Positions 1 through 8,336 of a stretch of 22,406 nt of DNA are shown here, piece after piece. Under the pieces are notes generated by a model. It had not been told where the DNA came from, searched no databases, and saw only the letters and a program-made list of their open reading frames with translations. The stretch's first letter is position 1. Each line of letters begins with the position of its first letter. Origin of the DNA: Elusimicrobiota bacterium (GTDB taxonomy: Bacteria; Elusimicrobiota; Elusimicrobia; F11). The DNA is taken from contig JBJXGI010000006.1 of NCBI GenBank assembly GCA_046153645.1, positions 1 through 22,406 on the forward strand. The letters are read 5' to 3'. Made by a program: the position numbers and the translations under genes.

Positions 1-248
1 ATGATATTGATCTCCTTTATGAACGAGCCCGTAAAGCCGGCGCTTATGGGGGCAAACTTCTCGGTGCAGGAGGGGGAGGGTTTATTTTCTTTTTTGCTCC
101 CCCAGAAATTCACGATCGAATAAAAAAAGCGGTTCCTGAAGTAAAAGTTTGGGTTCCTTTTAAATTTGAATCTGACGGTTCTCAAATTATTTTTCATACC
201 GATCAACAACAAGAAAAAGCTGAAGTTTATTCCATCCAACATATTTAA
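1..248 (+). CDS. hddA: GHMP kinase, probable D-glycero-D-manno-heptose-7-phosphate kinase (5'-truncated by the window edge)
   Basis: Not in the ORF track. Manual translation from nt 3 gives DIDLLYERARKAGAYGGKLLGAGGGGFIFFFAPPE...VPFKFESDGSQIIF...HI*, with stop TAA at 246-248. GGKLLGAGGGGF is the GHMP C-terminal motif in the form typical of HddA-like sugar kinases. Confidence 0.8.
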   Translation, partial: DIDLLYERARKAGAYGGKLLGAGGGGFIFFFAPPEIHDRIKKAVPEVKVWVPFKFESDGSQIIFHTDQQQEKAEVYSIQHI

Positions 249-257
249 GGAAACGCA

Positions 258-806
258 TTGATTAAGAAAACAGTCTGGAAAACTTTAAAAAAAACAAAAG
301 TTTTTTCAGACGATCCATGGATTCATCTAACGAGAGAAAAAATTCAGTTGCCTAATGGCCGAATCATTCCCAATTTCTACCATTTAAACGCTCCCGATTA
401 TGTTGTTATTATCCCTTTTTTTTCAAAAAATGAGGTAATGGCCATTACTCAATATAAACATGGCGTTAAAAAAGAAAGTGTTATGTTTCCAGGCGGTGGA
501 ATTGATAAAGGTGAGACTTCGTTACAGGCAGCCAAACGAGAATTTCTTGAAGAGACGGGATACCAAGCGAAAAAATGGAAATATTTGGGATCCTATATTA
601 AAGATGCCAATCATTTTTTTTGTAAAGCGCACTATTTCATTGCAAAAGATCTCAGTTTTTTACAGTCACCACGAATAGATGACACTGAAAATATCAAAAT
701 AAAAAAAATCTCCATGAAACAATTATTAATGTCTTTAAAAAACAACAAGATTCCTCTTATGGGTGTTGCCTTCGGTGTATTATTAGCGGAGAATTTCCAC
801 TCTTAA
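258..806 (+). CDS. Nudix hydrolase (ADP-ribose/NDP-sugar pyrophosphatase-like)
   Basis: Complete Nudix box GGIDKGETSLQAAKREFLEETGY (GX5EX7REUXEEXGU). TTG start preceded by AAGGA at 247-251. Confidence 0.9.
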   Translation: MIKKTVWKTLKKTKVFSDDPWIHLTREKIQLPNGRIIPNFYHLNAPDYVVIIPFFSKNEVMAITQYKHGVKKESVMFPGGGIDKGETSLQAAKREFLEETGYQAKKWKYLGSYIKDANHFFCKAHYFIAKDLSFLQSPRIDDTENIKIKKISMKQLLMSLKNNKIPLMGVAFGVLLAENFHS

Positions 807-809
807 CTT

Positions 810-1766
810 ATGGATGAACAAAAAAGAATATTGGTTACTGGTACAAAAGGGCTCTTAGGATCAGCAATGAAAAGAGTTTTTGATTTAAATGGTCAAAAAT
901 CTTTTTTTGTTGATAAGACTCATGGGGATCTGGAAAATAGTAGTGATGTAAAGCATATCCTTAATGAATTCAAACCGGAATTGATTGTTCATACAGCGGC
1001 GGTTGTCGGTGGTATTCAATATAATATGGAAAAACCTGAAGAATTACGGGATCGAAACCGTTCTATTAATCAGCATATTTTAAATTATGCCTTTGAATTG
1101 AAAGTAAATAAAACAATTTCTTTTTTATCGACTTGTATATTTCCTGAAGACGCGCCAGAACCATGGGATGAATCTATGATTCATTTGGGTGAACCAGATA
1201 AACGTCAATGGGGTTATGCTGTTGCCAAGAGAGAGTTAGATCTTCTTTCTAAGCAACTTAACGCAAAATCCAATAATCAATCGAAGTTTCTAACCATGAT
1301 GCCATCTAGTATGTATGGTCTTAACGATAATTTTGATCCAAATAAAAGCCATGTCATTCCCTCTGTTATTTCTAAAATTTTTAATGCTAAAAAAACGGGA
1401 GAACCTCCTGTTTTTTGGGGGTCGGGAAATCCGAGAAGAGAATTTTTATTGTCAGATGATATGGCTCGAGCTGTATTTTGGGCTTTAGGTTCATATGAAA
1501 GTGAAGAATCTCTTATCGTTTCTCCTCTCGATGATACATCGGTAAAAGAAGTGGTTATTTATGTCTCAAAATATTTAGATTATTCTGGTGAGATTAAGTG
1601 GGATAGAGAAAAGCCCGATGGTCGATTTACAAGGCGAACCAGTAATAAAAAATTTCTTAGTTTGATTAAATCTTTTTCTTTTACTCCTTTTGAAGAAGGA
1701 ATAAAGTCAGCTTGTCAATTTTTTGTTGAAAATTTTCCGCAGATTCGTGGGTTAAAGAATAGATGA
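810..1766 (+). CDS. fcl: GDP-L-fucose synthase family epimerase/reductase (extended SDR)
   Basis: N-terminal ILVTGTKGLLGS, AAVVGGI, STCIFP (catalytic Ser/Cys region), YAVAK (YxxxK), DNFDPNKSHVIP (catalytic His), WGSGNPRREFL and KPDG. Confidence 0.85.
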   Translation: MDEQKRILVTGTKGLLGSAMKRVFDLNGQKSFFVDKTHGDLENSSDVKHILNEFKPELIVHTAAVVGGIQYNMEKPEELRDRNRSINQHILNYAFELKVNKTISFLSTCIFPEDAPEPWDESMIHLGEPDKRQWGYAVAKRELDLLSKQLNAKSNNQSKFLTMMPSSMYGLNDNFDPNKSHVIPSVISKIFNAKKTGEPPVFWGSGNPRREFLLSDDMARAVFWALGSYESEESLIVSPLDDTSVKEVVIYVSKYLDYSGEIKWDREKPDGRFTRRTSNKKFLSLIKSFSFTPFEEGIKSACQFFVENFPQIRGLKNR

Positions 1767-2821
1767 TTGATATAAAAAATTTACCCGTCACGATTATTGT
1801 TTCCAGTTTCAATCGTCCTCAATTCTTGCGAAAACTTTGTCTTTATTTTATTGGACAAGAAGAAAAGTTTCCTGTTCTTTTTGGAGATGCTTCCTATACT
1901 GAGAAAAAACAATCAGTTCAAGCCATTGCCGAAGAGTTTAAAATGGAAACACGTTTTTCTTTTCATGATTTTGAATCTGGTTATCCTTTGTACCCTCTTC
2001 TATTCGAATTATTAAAAAAAGTTAAAACGCCCTATGTGATGTTGTTGGCTGACGATGATTTTGTCGCCACAGATTTTCTCCCTATTGGGATTGATTTTTT
2101 AGATAAAGAACCTTCATATAGTCTTGTTCATGGGAATTCTCTTATTGCTATTGTAAGCTCAAATGACATTCCACAGTCAACTCAACAATACAGTCAACTC
2201 GAACAACATGCTGATGATAGATTAGATAGACTTATAAATCATTTGGGCGCATATTCAACCACCGCATTTTCAATACATCGAACAGATCAAATGCTCAAGA
2301 ATTTTGCTTACTTAATAAATTTAAAAACAGATCATCGATTTTCAGAAGTATTGGAAAGTTGTCTTTCGGTCGTTCAGGGAAAAGTCAAAAAAATGGATAA
2401 TCTCTTTTTGGTGAGAAGAATGCATCCCCAGCAAGATTCAGTTCAGCTTGGGCTAAAAGAAGATGACTTTGATTGGGTAACTTCAAAAAAATGGGCACCG
2501 CAATATGAATTGTTCTTAGATATTTTGAAAAAAGAAGTCGAGGTAAATTCTCCGGAATTAAAAAAGAAATTTGATGTTGAAGTTAAAAGATCGATGTGGA
2601 CGTACATGGGGGGTTTTTTTGGTCCGCCTCCTTTTCCGGGTAGAACCTCTCGTCAATTATTAGCCGACTTTGTTAATAAGTTAATTTTAAGTGACCATTT
2701 CAACATTTCTACGTATTTTAAAAAAAACGAAGATAAACTTTCGGAACTCATTAATAGCAAATCAAAATATAGCAGAAGTTTTATTCCCATTTATAAAATT
2801 TTAATGAGCCCCTTGGATTAA
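1763..2821 (+). CDS. GT-A fold (GT2-like, probably TIGR04440-type) glycosyltransferase
   Basis: TIIVSSFNRP start, GDAS, VKTPYVMLLADDDF (DxD), FLDKEPSYSLVHG. ATGA overlap with the upstream gene. Confidence 0.8.
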   Translation: MIDIKNLPVTIIVSSFNRPQFLRKLCLYFIGQEEKFPVLFGDASYTEKKQSVQAIAEEFKMETRFSFHDFESGYPLYPLLFELLKKVKTPYVMLLADDDFVATDFLPIGIDFLDKEPSYSLVHGNSLIAIVSSNDIPQSTQQYSQLEQHADDRLDRLINHLGAYSTTAFSIHRTDQMLKNFAYLINLKTDHRFSEVLESCLSVVQGKVKKMDNLFLVRRMHPQQDSVQLGLKEDDFDWVTSKKWAPQYELFLDILKKEVEVNSPELKKKFDVEVKRSMWTYMGGFFGPPPFPGRTSRQLLADFVNKLILSDHFNISTYFKKNEDKLSELINSKSKYSRSFIPIYKILMSPLD

Positions 2822-2825
2822 ACTT

Positions 2826-3842
2826 ATGAATGATTTGAAATCAAAGCCACGAGTTTTAGTTATTCTTTTGACTTATGAACCTGCTTTTGTCCGGCACGGG
2901 AATGATCTTCTTGTGGATTATTATCAAAAAAATTTTCAATCTTTTGTTAATCCAGTCGGTGATTTTGAGACCATTTTCTGTATTAGTGATTTTTCAAGTT
3001 CCGCTGAATTTAAAGAATTTTTGAGGGAATTTGTTAATACCAATCAAAATTCTATTCTCATTGACGGAAATAAAGATGCGACTCAATGGATCGCTTTTAA
3101 TTCTGCCATGAATCAGTTTGCAGATCTAGATTATGTCGTTTATCTCGCTTCAGATGTTCGTGCGCGTGATCGTTACTGGCTTAAAAATTTAATGGACGAT
3201 ATGGAAGATCCGGATGTTTTTATGGTCCAGACTACTGTCACTTTTGATGGTTATCATTTTCAAACACAGCCTGAGTCTTTAAATGAGCCTTCTCGATTAC
3301 TAAATTTTCCTGAATGCTTAAACTTACATGGTGCGCTTTTTCGATATACTTTATTTGAAGAATTTGACGGAAGATATCCTGATATATTCTCTGGAAATTA
3401 TACCGAGTATTGTTTGATGTATATGTTGGCAGCCTTAAATAAAAAATGTGTGATCAATTTTAAAACCAACTTAATCCATGATCGGTTTCACTCTTTTCGT
3501 CATGATAGGACTAGTAAGGATAATTTTAAAGTGAGAAATGATGCTTATAATGCCGATGTGGCATATTTTAAAAAAATAAGATTCTTTCTTCCTTTAGGTG
3601 AATTTTTTAGTCGAAAAAATCATTTTTACGCTAAATTTAGAAAGATAATTTCATGGTGGAGAAAAGAGCCCGTATTGCTTCCATTTTTTTATCTATTTGA
3701 AAAGATTGGATATAAAAACTTTATAACTATGGATAAAGAACAACGAATTGCTTTAATTAAAGTTCTTTTTTATCAAAAGTCAGGTCACTACCCAGGATAC
3801 ACTTGGAATATCCTTGGCTCAGAAACGAAATATTTGAAATAA
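2826..3842 (+). CDS. Putative divergent GT-A glycosyltransferase / hypothetical protein
   Basis: 338-aa ORF with GT2-like pattern: RVLVILLTYE, CISDFSS, AFNSAM...DLDYVVYLASDV (degenerate DxD position), HGALFRYTLFEEFDG. Lies between a GT and the ABC flippase. Confidence 0.55.
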   Translation: MNDLKSKPRVLVILLTYEPAFVRHGNDLLVDYYQKNFQSFVNPVGDFETIFCISDFSSSAEFKEFLREFVNTNQNSILIDGNKDATQWIAFNSAMNQFADLDYVVYLASDVRARDRYWLKNLMDDMEDPDVFMVQTTVTFDGYHFQTQPESLNEPSRLLNFPECLNLHGALFRYTLFEEFDGRYPDIFSGNYTEYCLMYMLAALNKKCVINFKTNLIHDRFHSFRHDRTSKDNFKVRNDAYNADVAYFKKIRFFLPLGEFFSRKNHFYAKFRKIISWWRKEPVLLPFFYLFEKIGYKNFITMDKEQRIALIKVLFYQKSGHYPGYTWNILGSETKYLK

Positions 3843-3848
3843 AAAAAC

Positions 3849-5645
3849 ATGGTTAAAAAAATTATTGAGAAACTATGGATTTATTGGCGAATCGCCATTG
3901 GACCAATTAAAAGAAGTTTTTTCCTTTTATTGGTGCTGAGTATCTTGGTTAGTCTTTTTGAGTTAAGTGGTTTAACCATGATGATGTCTTTTTTAGATGG
4001 AGTGACCAATCCTGATCGGTTTCTCAAGAGTCAAATAGCTCCTTTTATCAGAACCTTAATCGAAATTTCAGGACTAACCCCTACACGAGAAATGCTGATA
4101 TTTTTCACACTGTGCATCGCAGGAAGTCTATATGTCATTAAAGGTTTTATGGTCTCTCTTAATCAGTACTGTTCGAGTTATATTGCCCATGGTCTCTATA
4201 TTAAAACTAAACAGAGGATTTTTAGTTTCTTTCTAAAAGCCGAATACACTTTTATTTCTGCTAAGGGAAGAGGGGGGATTCTTTCTGACTTGAATCAGCC
4301 TGCTGAAGATATTGAGTTTGCTTTTGTTAATTTGGGGAAAATTATTCTCGAAATGATAACAATTGTGGCTCAGTTGTGTTTCATTTTTTACTTTTCTGGT
4401 TGGATATTCTTTTTTCTGGGAATTATTGCTTTTGGGATTGTTTATTTTTGGAAAAATATTGTTCTTTTAAAGTCTATTCGAATTGGAAGAGAAATATACG
4501 AAGCAAGAACGGATATTTCTAAAACAGAAATTGATGCGATGGATGGTATTAAAGTTGTTAAATCATATATATTGAGTGACAATTTTTTGGGGAAATATAA
4601 AGCTATCCTTGCTCGCGAGTTTAAATCGGCTTTAAATTTAGTTTTACTTAAAACATCACCTACTTTATTTCAGGAAATTGTTGTAATGGGAATGGTTGTT
4701 TCTCTTAGTTATATTTGTTTTTTTGCCCCCTCCTTTGGCCTGACTTTTTCCACTTTAGTGGTTATTTTAATTTCGATTCGTCGTCTTATACCTTCTATAT
4801 CTGGTTTTTTGGTTTCAGCAGTTGAATTAGGGCGGAGATTGAAAGGGGTAGAGCAAATTGAGTCTCTTCTCTATAAAACCCCGATTGAAAGAACAGATGG
4901 AAGAGAAAGGTTGTCTTCTATTGAATCTGTCAAATTTGAAAATGTTTCTTTTCGATATTCAGGGCAATCTAAACCGCCTATTTTAAAAGACCTTAACCTT
5001 CAATTTGAAAAAGGTCGCATGACCGCTTTGGTGGGTCCATCGGGGGCTGGAAAAAGTACGATTGCCAATTTAATTGCGGGTTTTTTTCATAAAGAAAGTG
5101 GTGATATCAAAATAAATGGAATTTCTATCGAAAATATTGCTTTAGAAAGTCTACGTTCCAAGATTGGATATATCAGTCAAGATATTTTCTTATTTAATGA
5201 GTCATTAAAAAATAACATTACACTTTGGCGGTCTAATATAAGTGAAGAACAATTTAATACCGCTATTAAACTTGCACACTTAGAATCAGTGGTTCAGGAT
5301 CTTCCAGGTAAATTTGATACTATTGTTGGCGATAGAGGATTAAAATTGTCTGGTGGACAATGTCAACGTGTCGCCATTGCTCGGGCGATTGTAAATAAAC
5401 CTGATATTTTAATTTTTGACGAAGCAACAAGTGCGCTTGATAATTTGACCGAAAAGATTATTTATGAAGCAATTGATTCTTTTAGGAGTCAAAGTGTCGT
5501 TATCGTTATTGCGCATAGACTTGAGACGATTAAAAATGCTGATCAGATTGTTGTTTTGGAGGGCGGATTTGTTGTTGATCATGGCACCCATGATGAGTTG
5601 ATAAATAAAAATAATTTATACGCGAAATTATATGGAAAGAAATAA
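3849..5645 (+). CDS. ABC transporter permease/ATP-binding fusion (MsbA/PglK-like glycan flippase)
   Basis: Hydrophobic N-terminal TM domain. Walker A GPSGAGKS, Q-loop ISQD, signature LSGGQ, Walker B/D-loop ILIFDEATSALD, H-loop IAHRL. The flippase role is inferred from context. Confidence 0.92.
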   Translation: MVKKIIEKLWIYWRIAIGPIKRSFFLLLVLSILVSLFELSGLTMMMSFLDGVTNPDRFLKSQIAPFIRTLIEISGLTPTREMLIFFTLCIAGSLYVIKGFMVSLNQYCSSYIAHGLYIKTKQRIFSFFLKAEYTFISAKGRGGILSDLNQPAEDIEFAFVNLGKIILEMITIVAQLCFIFYFSGWIFFFLGIIAFGIVYFWKNIVLLKSIRIGREIYEARTDISKTEIDAMDGIKVVKSYILSDNFLGKYKAILAREFKSALNLVLLKTSPTLFQEIVVMGMVVSLSYICFFAPSFGLTFSTLVVILISIRRLIPSISGFLVSAVELGRRLKGVEQIESLLYKTPIERTDGRERLSSIESVKFENVSFRYSGQSKPPILKDLNLQFEKGRMTALVGPSGAGKSTIANLIAGFFHKESGDIKINGISIENIALESLRSKIGYISQDIFLFNESLKNNITLWRSNISEEQFNTAIKLAHLESVVQDLPGKFDTIVGDRGLKLSGGQCQRVAIARAIVNKPDILIFDEATSALDNLTEKIIYEAIDSFRSQSVVIVIAHRLETIKNADQIVVLEGGFVVDHGTHDELINKNNLYAKLYGKK

Positions 5646-6732
5646 GAAAGTTTCAGTCGTTATTCCAACCAAAAATCGCTCTTTCTTCCTAAGAAAAACT
5701 TTGGAATATTATTCACTCACAAACTTTGAACATCAAATTGTTATTGGTGATGCAAGTGATGAAAGTTTCTCTCTTGCTAATCAGAATGAAATAAAAAAAC
5801 ATCCTGAATTGGCTATTAGCTATATAAAATTTAATCCCGATAAACGAATTACTCACTCAATGGTTGAAATGCTAGAAAAGGTGAATACTGACTATTCTTT
5901 GTTCAGTGGTGACGATGATTTTTTTGTTGGCTCTTCTTTATCAAAATGTGCTGATTTTTTAGATAAAAACCCTGATTATTCTGCTGCCTGTGGAGAGCCG
6001 GCTTGGTTGTATCTTAAAAGTGTTGCAGAAGATGTGGTGGAACCTATTTATCTGAAAAGAGGTCCGACCATTGGCTTAGATGGGAATAAACCTTCAGTGC
6101 GTCTCATGACGTATATGAGTCCCAGTCCACTTATTACCACTTTTTCGTTGCAGAGGACTTCTGGTATTTTATATGCATGGAAACATGCCAGTGAAATAAA
6201 TTTAGACCTTAATCGCCATTATTTACCACTTCATGAAATTTCTGTGAATGTAATCCAAATAATTCAAGGAAAACTTAAACTTATACCCGGCCTGTATCAC
6301 TTAATGTTAAGACACAATGACAAAAAACACGATTCTCAAGGAGTTGATGATTATTTCGATAAGGTTTTGAATTGGGACTGGAATCATCATGTCAGAGGAA
6401 TGATTGAATGGTGGGCCAAACAATTTTCTCAGGCAGAAGGATTGGCTTATGAAAAGTCCTTTCATTTTATGTCGGCTTTGTTTATAAGGTTTTCAAATGA
6501 AATGTTAGGTCGTTATTCTAAAAGACGAATAAAAGAGCTTGGGTTTGAAAAAAATAATCCTGCTTATAAGAAACAAATGAGAGATTATCTGATTAAGGTT
6601 CCGGGTTTACAAAAAGCGTGGTTACGTTATAAAGGAATCCAGCAATTTAATTTAGATAATTTTCTCGATCCAAAGTCACGTTTTTATAATGACTTCTATC
6701 CTATGTATCAAACACTATTTTTGAACAAATAA
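5632..6732 (+). CDS. GT-A fold (GT2-like, probably TIGR04440-type) glycosyltransferase, paralogue of 1763-2821
   Basis: VSVVIPTKNR, IGDAS, VNTDYSLFSGDDDFF (DxD), FLDKNPDYSAACG. Confidence 0.82.
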   Translation: MERNKKVSVVIPTKNRSFFLRKTLEYYSLTNFEHQIVIGDASDESFSLANQNEIKKHPELAISYIKFNPDKRITHSMVEMLEKVNTDYSLFSGDDDFFVGSSLSKCADFLDKNPDYSAACGEPAWLYLKSVAEDVVEPIYLKRGPTIGLDGNKPSVRLMTYMSPSPLITTFSLQRTSGILYAWKHASEINLDLNRHYLPLHEISVNVIQIIQGKLKLIPGLYHLMLRHNDKKHDSQGVDDYFDKVLNWDWNHHVRGMIEWWAKQFSQAEGLAYEKSFHFMSALFIRFSNEMLGRYSKRRIKELGFEKNNPAYKKQMRDYLIKVPGLQKAWLRYKGIQQFNLDNFLDPKSRFYNDFYPMYQTLFLNK

Positions 6733-6736
6733 CCCC

Positions 6737-6765
6737 TTGACTCTATTGCTGGATTGCGGTATGTT
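6737..6765 (+). promoter_or_regulatory. Sigma70-type promoter
   Basis: TTGACT (6737-6742), a 17-bp spacer and TATGTT (6760-6765), in the only large intergenic gap of the window. Predicted +1 is about 6772. Confidence 0.7.
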
Positions 6766-6779
6766 CAAAATATGAACAT
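6761..6779. promoter_or_regulatory. Palindromic operator candidate ATGTTCA-AAATA-TGAACAT
   Basis: Perfect 7-bp inverted repeat with a 5-bp spacer. It overlaps the -10 box and predicted start site directly upstream of a winged-helix regulator. Confidence 0.7.
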
Positions 6780-6799
6780 TAATGGGAAAGTTAATATTT

Positions 6800-7342
6800 A
6801 TGGATGAAAAGTCCTTTAATATTCTTAACCTTATTTCTGAGTTTCCAGGTCTTACTCAGCGTGATTTAGCTAAGAAAACAGGTTTTTCTATTGGCTTGGT
6901 TAATTTGGTTCTTAAACGCCTTGCTTCTACTGGCCACATCAAAATAAAAAATCTCAATAAAAAAAAGATTTATTACTTACTTACTCCAAAAGGTTTTTTG
7001 GAACAATCCAGGCGTTCCTATAAATACCTCTCAAAAACCATTCGTGTTTTCTTTGACTATCAAGCTGCCGTTAGTGATTTGGTCGACTCCCTGTTCCAAG
7101 ATAAAAAAAGTCGTGTGGCAATTATCGGCCGAAATGAAATATCTGAACTTCTCGAAGTTGTTATAAAAAATAAAGGATATTCACTAAAATATCGTTTTAT
7201 TGAAGAAAGAGAGAAAATTGAATCAGATGAATTACTGTTGGATTGTAGGGCTCAGATAAAGGGGAACCCAAAGCAATACGGTGTTCGAATTTTGGAAGAA
7301 TTGTTACATAAAAAAAACGGTCATGTTATGAATAAAATATGA
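6800..7342 (+). CDS. Winged helix-turn-helix transcriptional regulator (polysaccharide-locus-associated MarR-like) with a C-terminal alpha/beta extension
   Basis: LTQRDLAKKTGFSIGLVNLVLKRL (HTH) and KKIYYLLTPKG (wing). The C-terminal RVAIIGRNEISELL is a Rossmann-like strand-helix. An alternative in-frame ATG lies at 6782. Confidence 0.88.
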   Translation: MDEKSFNILNLISEFPGLTQRDLAKKTGFSIGLVNLVLKRLASTGHIKIKNLNKKKIYYLLTPKGFLEQSRRSYKYLSKTIRVFFDYQAAVSDLVDSLFQDKKSRVAIIGRNEISELLEVVIKNKGYSLKYRFIEEREKIESDELLLDCRAQIKGNPKQYGVRILEELLHKKNGHVMNKI

Positions 7343-8334
7343 GAAATTCAAAGTCGTCAGTTTTGGTAATTGGATCTGGGGAACTAGGGAGTCGTCATTT
7401 ACAAGCTATTTGTCAGATTCCATATCTTGAACGTATTGATGTGTTAGATCAGAGAATTGAGGCGCTAAACGTTGCTCGCAGCAGAGTTGAGTCTATTTCG
7501 AATAGAAATAAATTTATTGAATATCAATGGATCCAAGACATATCAAAAATTTCTTCCCAATATGATTTGATTGTTGTCGCTACTCAGGCGACGGAGCGAG
7601 TTCAAATAATCAAAGAATTAATTGCTAAAAATATTTCACGGAAATTTTTTATTGAAAAGGTTGTGGCACAATCAACCTCTGAATATGAATCATTATTGTC
7701 TGTTTGTGAGAAAAATAACATAAAAATTTGGGTCAATTTAAAATCCAGATTGCACCCATCACATTTGAGGGTAAAACAAAAATTAAACTCTGAAGAGAAA
7801 ATTGTTTTTCATGTGCTTGGTGGAAATCATGGTTTGGGTAATAACGGCGTTCATGTTGCCGATTTATTTATTTATTTCTCAAACCAAAAGAAAATAAATC
7901 TACAAAAAGAATCAATCGATCTTATTTTGCATCGATCTAAACGATCCAATGAAATATTTGATCTATCTGGAGAACTTTACGGAAACACCGATAAAGGTGA
8001 CTCGTTTTTCTTGAGTTTTCAAAAGGATAATCTCGCTTTTCCCTTATTTTATATCTCATCTGCCTCCTATCGCGCAATTGTTGATGATTCCAATAAATGG
8101 ATGTTAGAGGCAACGGAAGCCGGTAAATGGAAGTGGGAGCCATATAACATTGATAAAAATATAATGGTGAGCGAATTGTCAACCGTCATCGTCTCAGATA
8201 TTTTAACTAAACAACAATGTTCACTTCCTCTTTTGGATGAAGCTTATGGTTCTCATCAGTTTATACTAGATGCATTGCATCCCACTTTCAAGAAATTGAT
8301 TAAAAACGATTTAGAGCTGTGCCCTATTACATAA
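7339..8334 (+). CDS. Gfo/Idh/MocA family NAD(P)-dependent oxidoreductase
   Basis: VLVIGSGELGSRHLQA Rossmann motif, DLIVVATQA, and IEKVV (EKP-like motif). ATGA overlap. Confidence 0.78.
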   Translation: MRNSKSSVLVIGSGELGSRHLQAICQIPYLERIDVLDQRIEALNVARSRVESISNRNKFIEYQWIQDISKISSQYDLIVVATQATERVQIIKELIAKNISRKFFIEKVVAQSTSEYESLLSVCEKNNIKIWVNLKSRLHPSHLRVKQKLNSEEKIVFHVLGGNHGLGNNGVHVADLFIYFSNQKKINLQKESIDLILHRSKRSNEIFDLSGELYGNTDKGDSFFLSFQKDNLAFPLFYISSASYRAIVDDSNKWMLEATEAGKWKWEPYNIDKNIMVSELSTVIVSDILTKQQCSLPLLDEAYGSHQFILDALHPTFKKLIKNDLELCPIT

Positions 8335-8336
8335 AT

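Noticed and set aside
2608..2620. G6-T7 homopolymer in the first GT, and A8/T8 runs elsewhere (287-294, 9050-9057), as phase-variation tracts
   Set aside because: The runs are short, the reading frames are intact, and such A/T runs are expected in AT-rich DNA.
6722..6727. Extra TGAACA half-site upstream of the promoter
   Set aside because: It has no matching GTTCA arm at the 5-bp spacing and lies in the last codons of the GT gene, so it may be chance.
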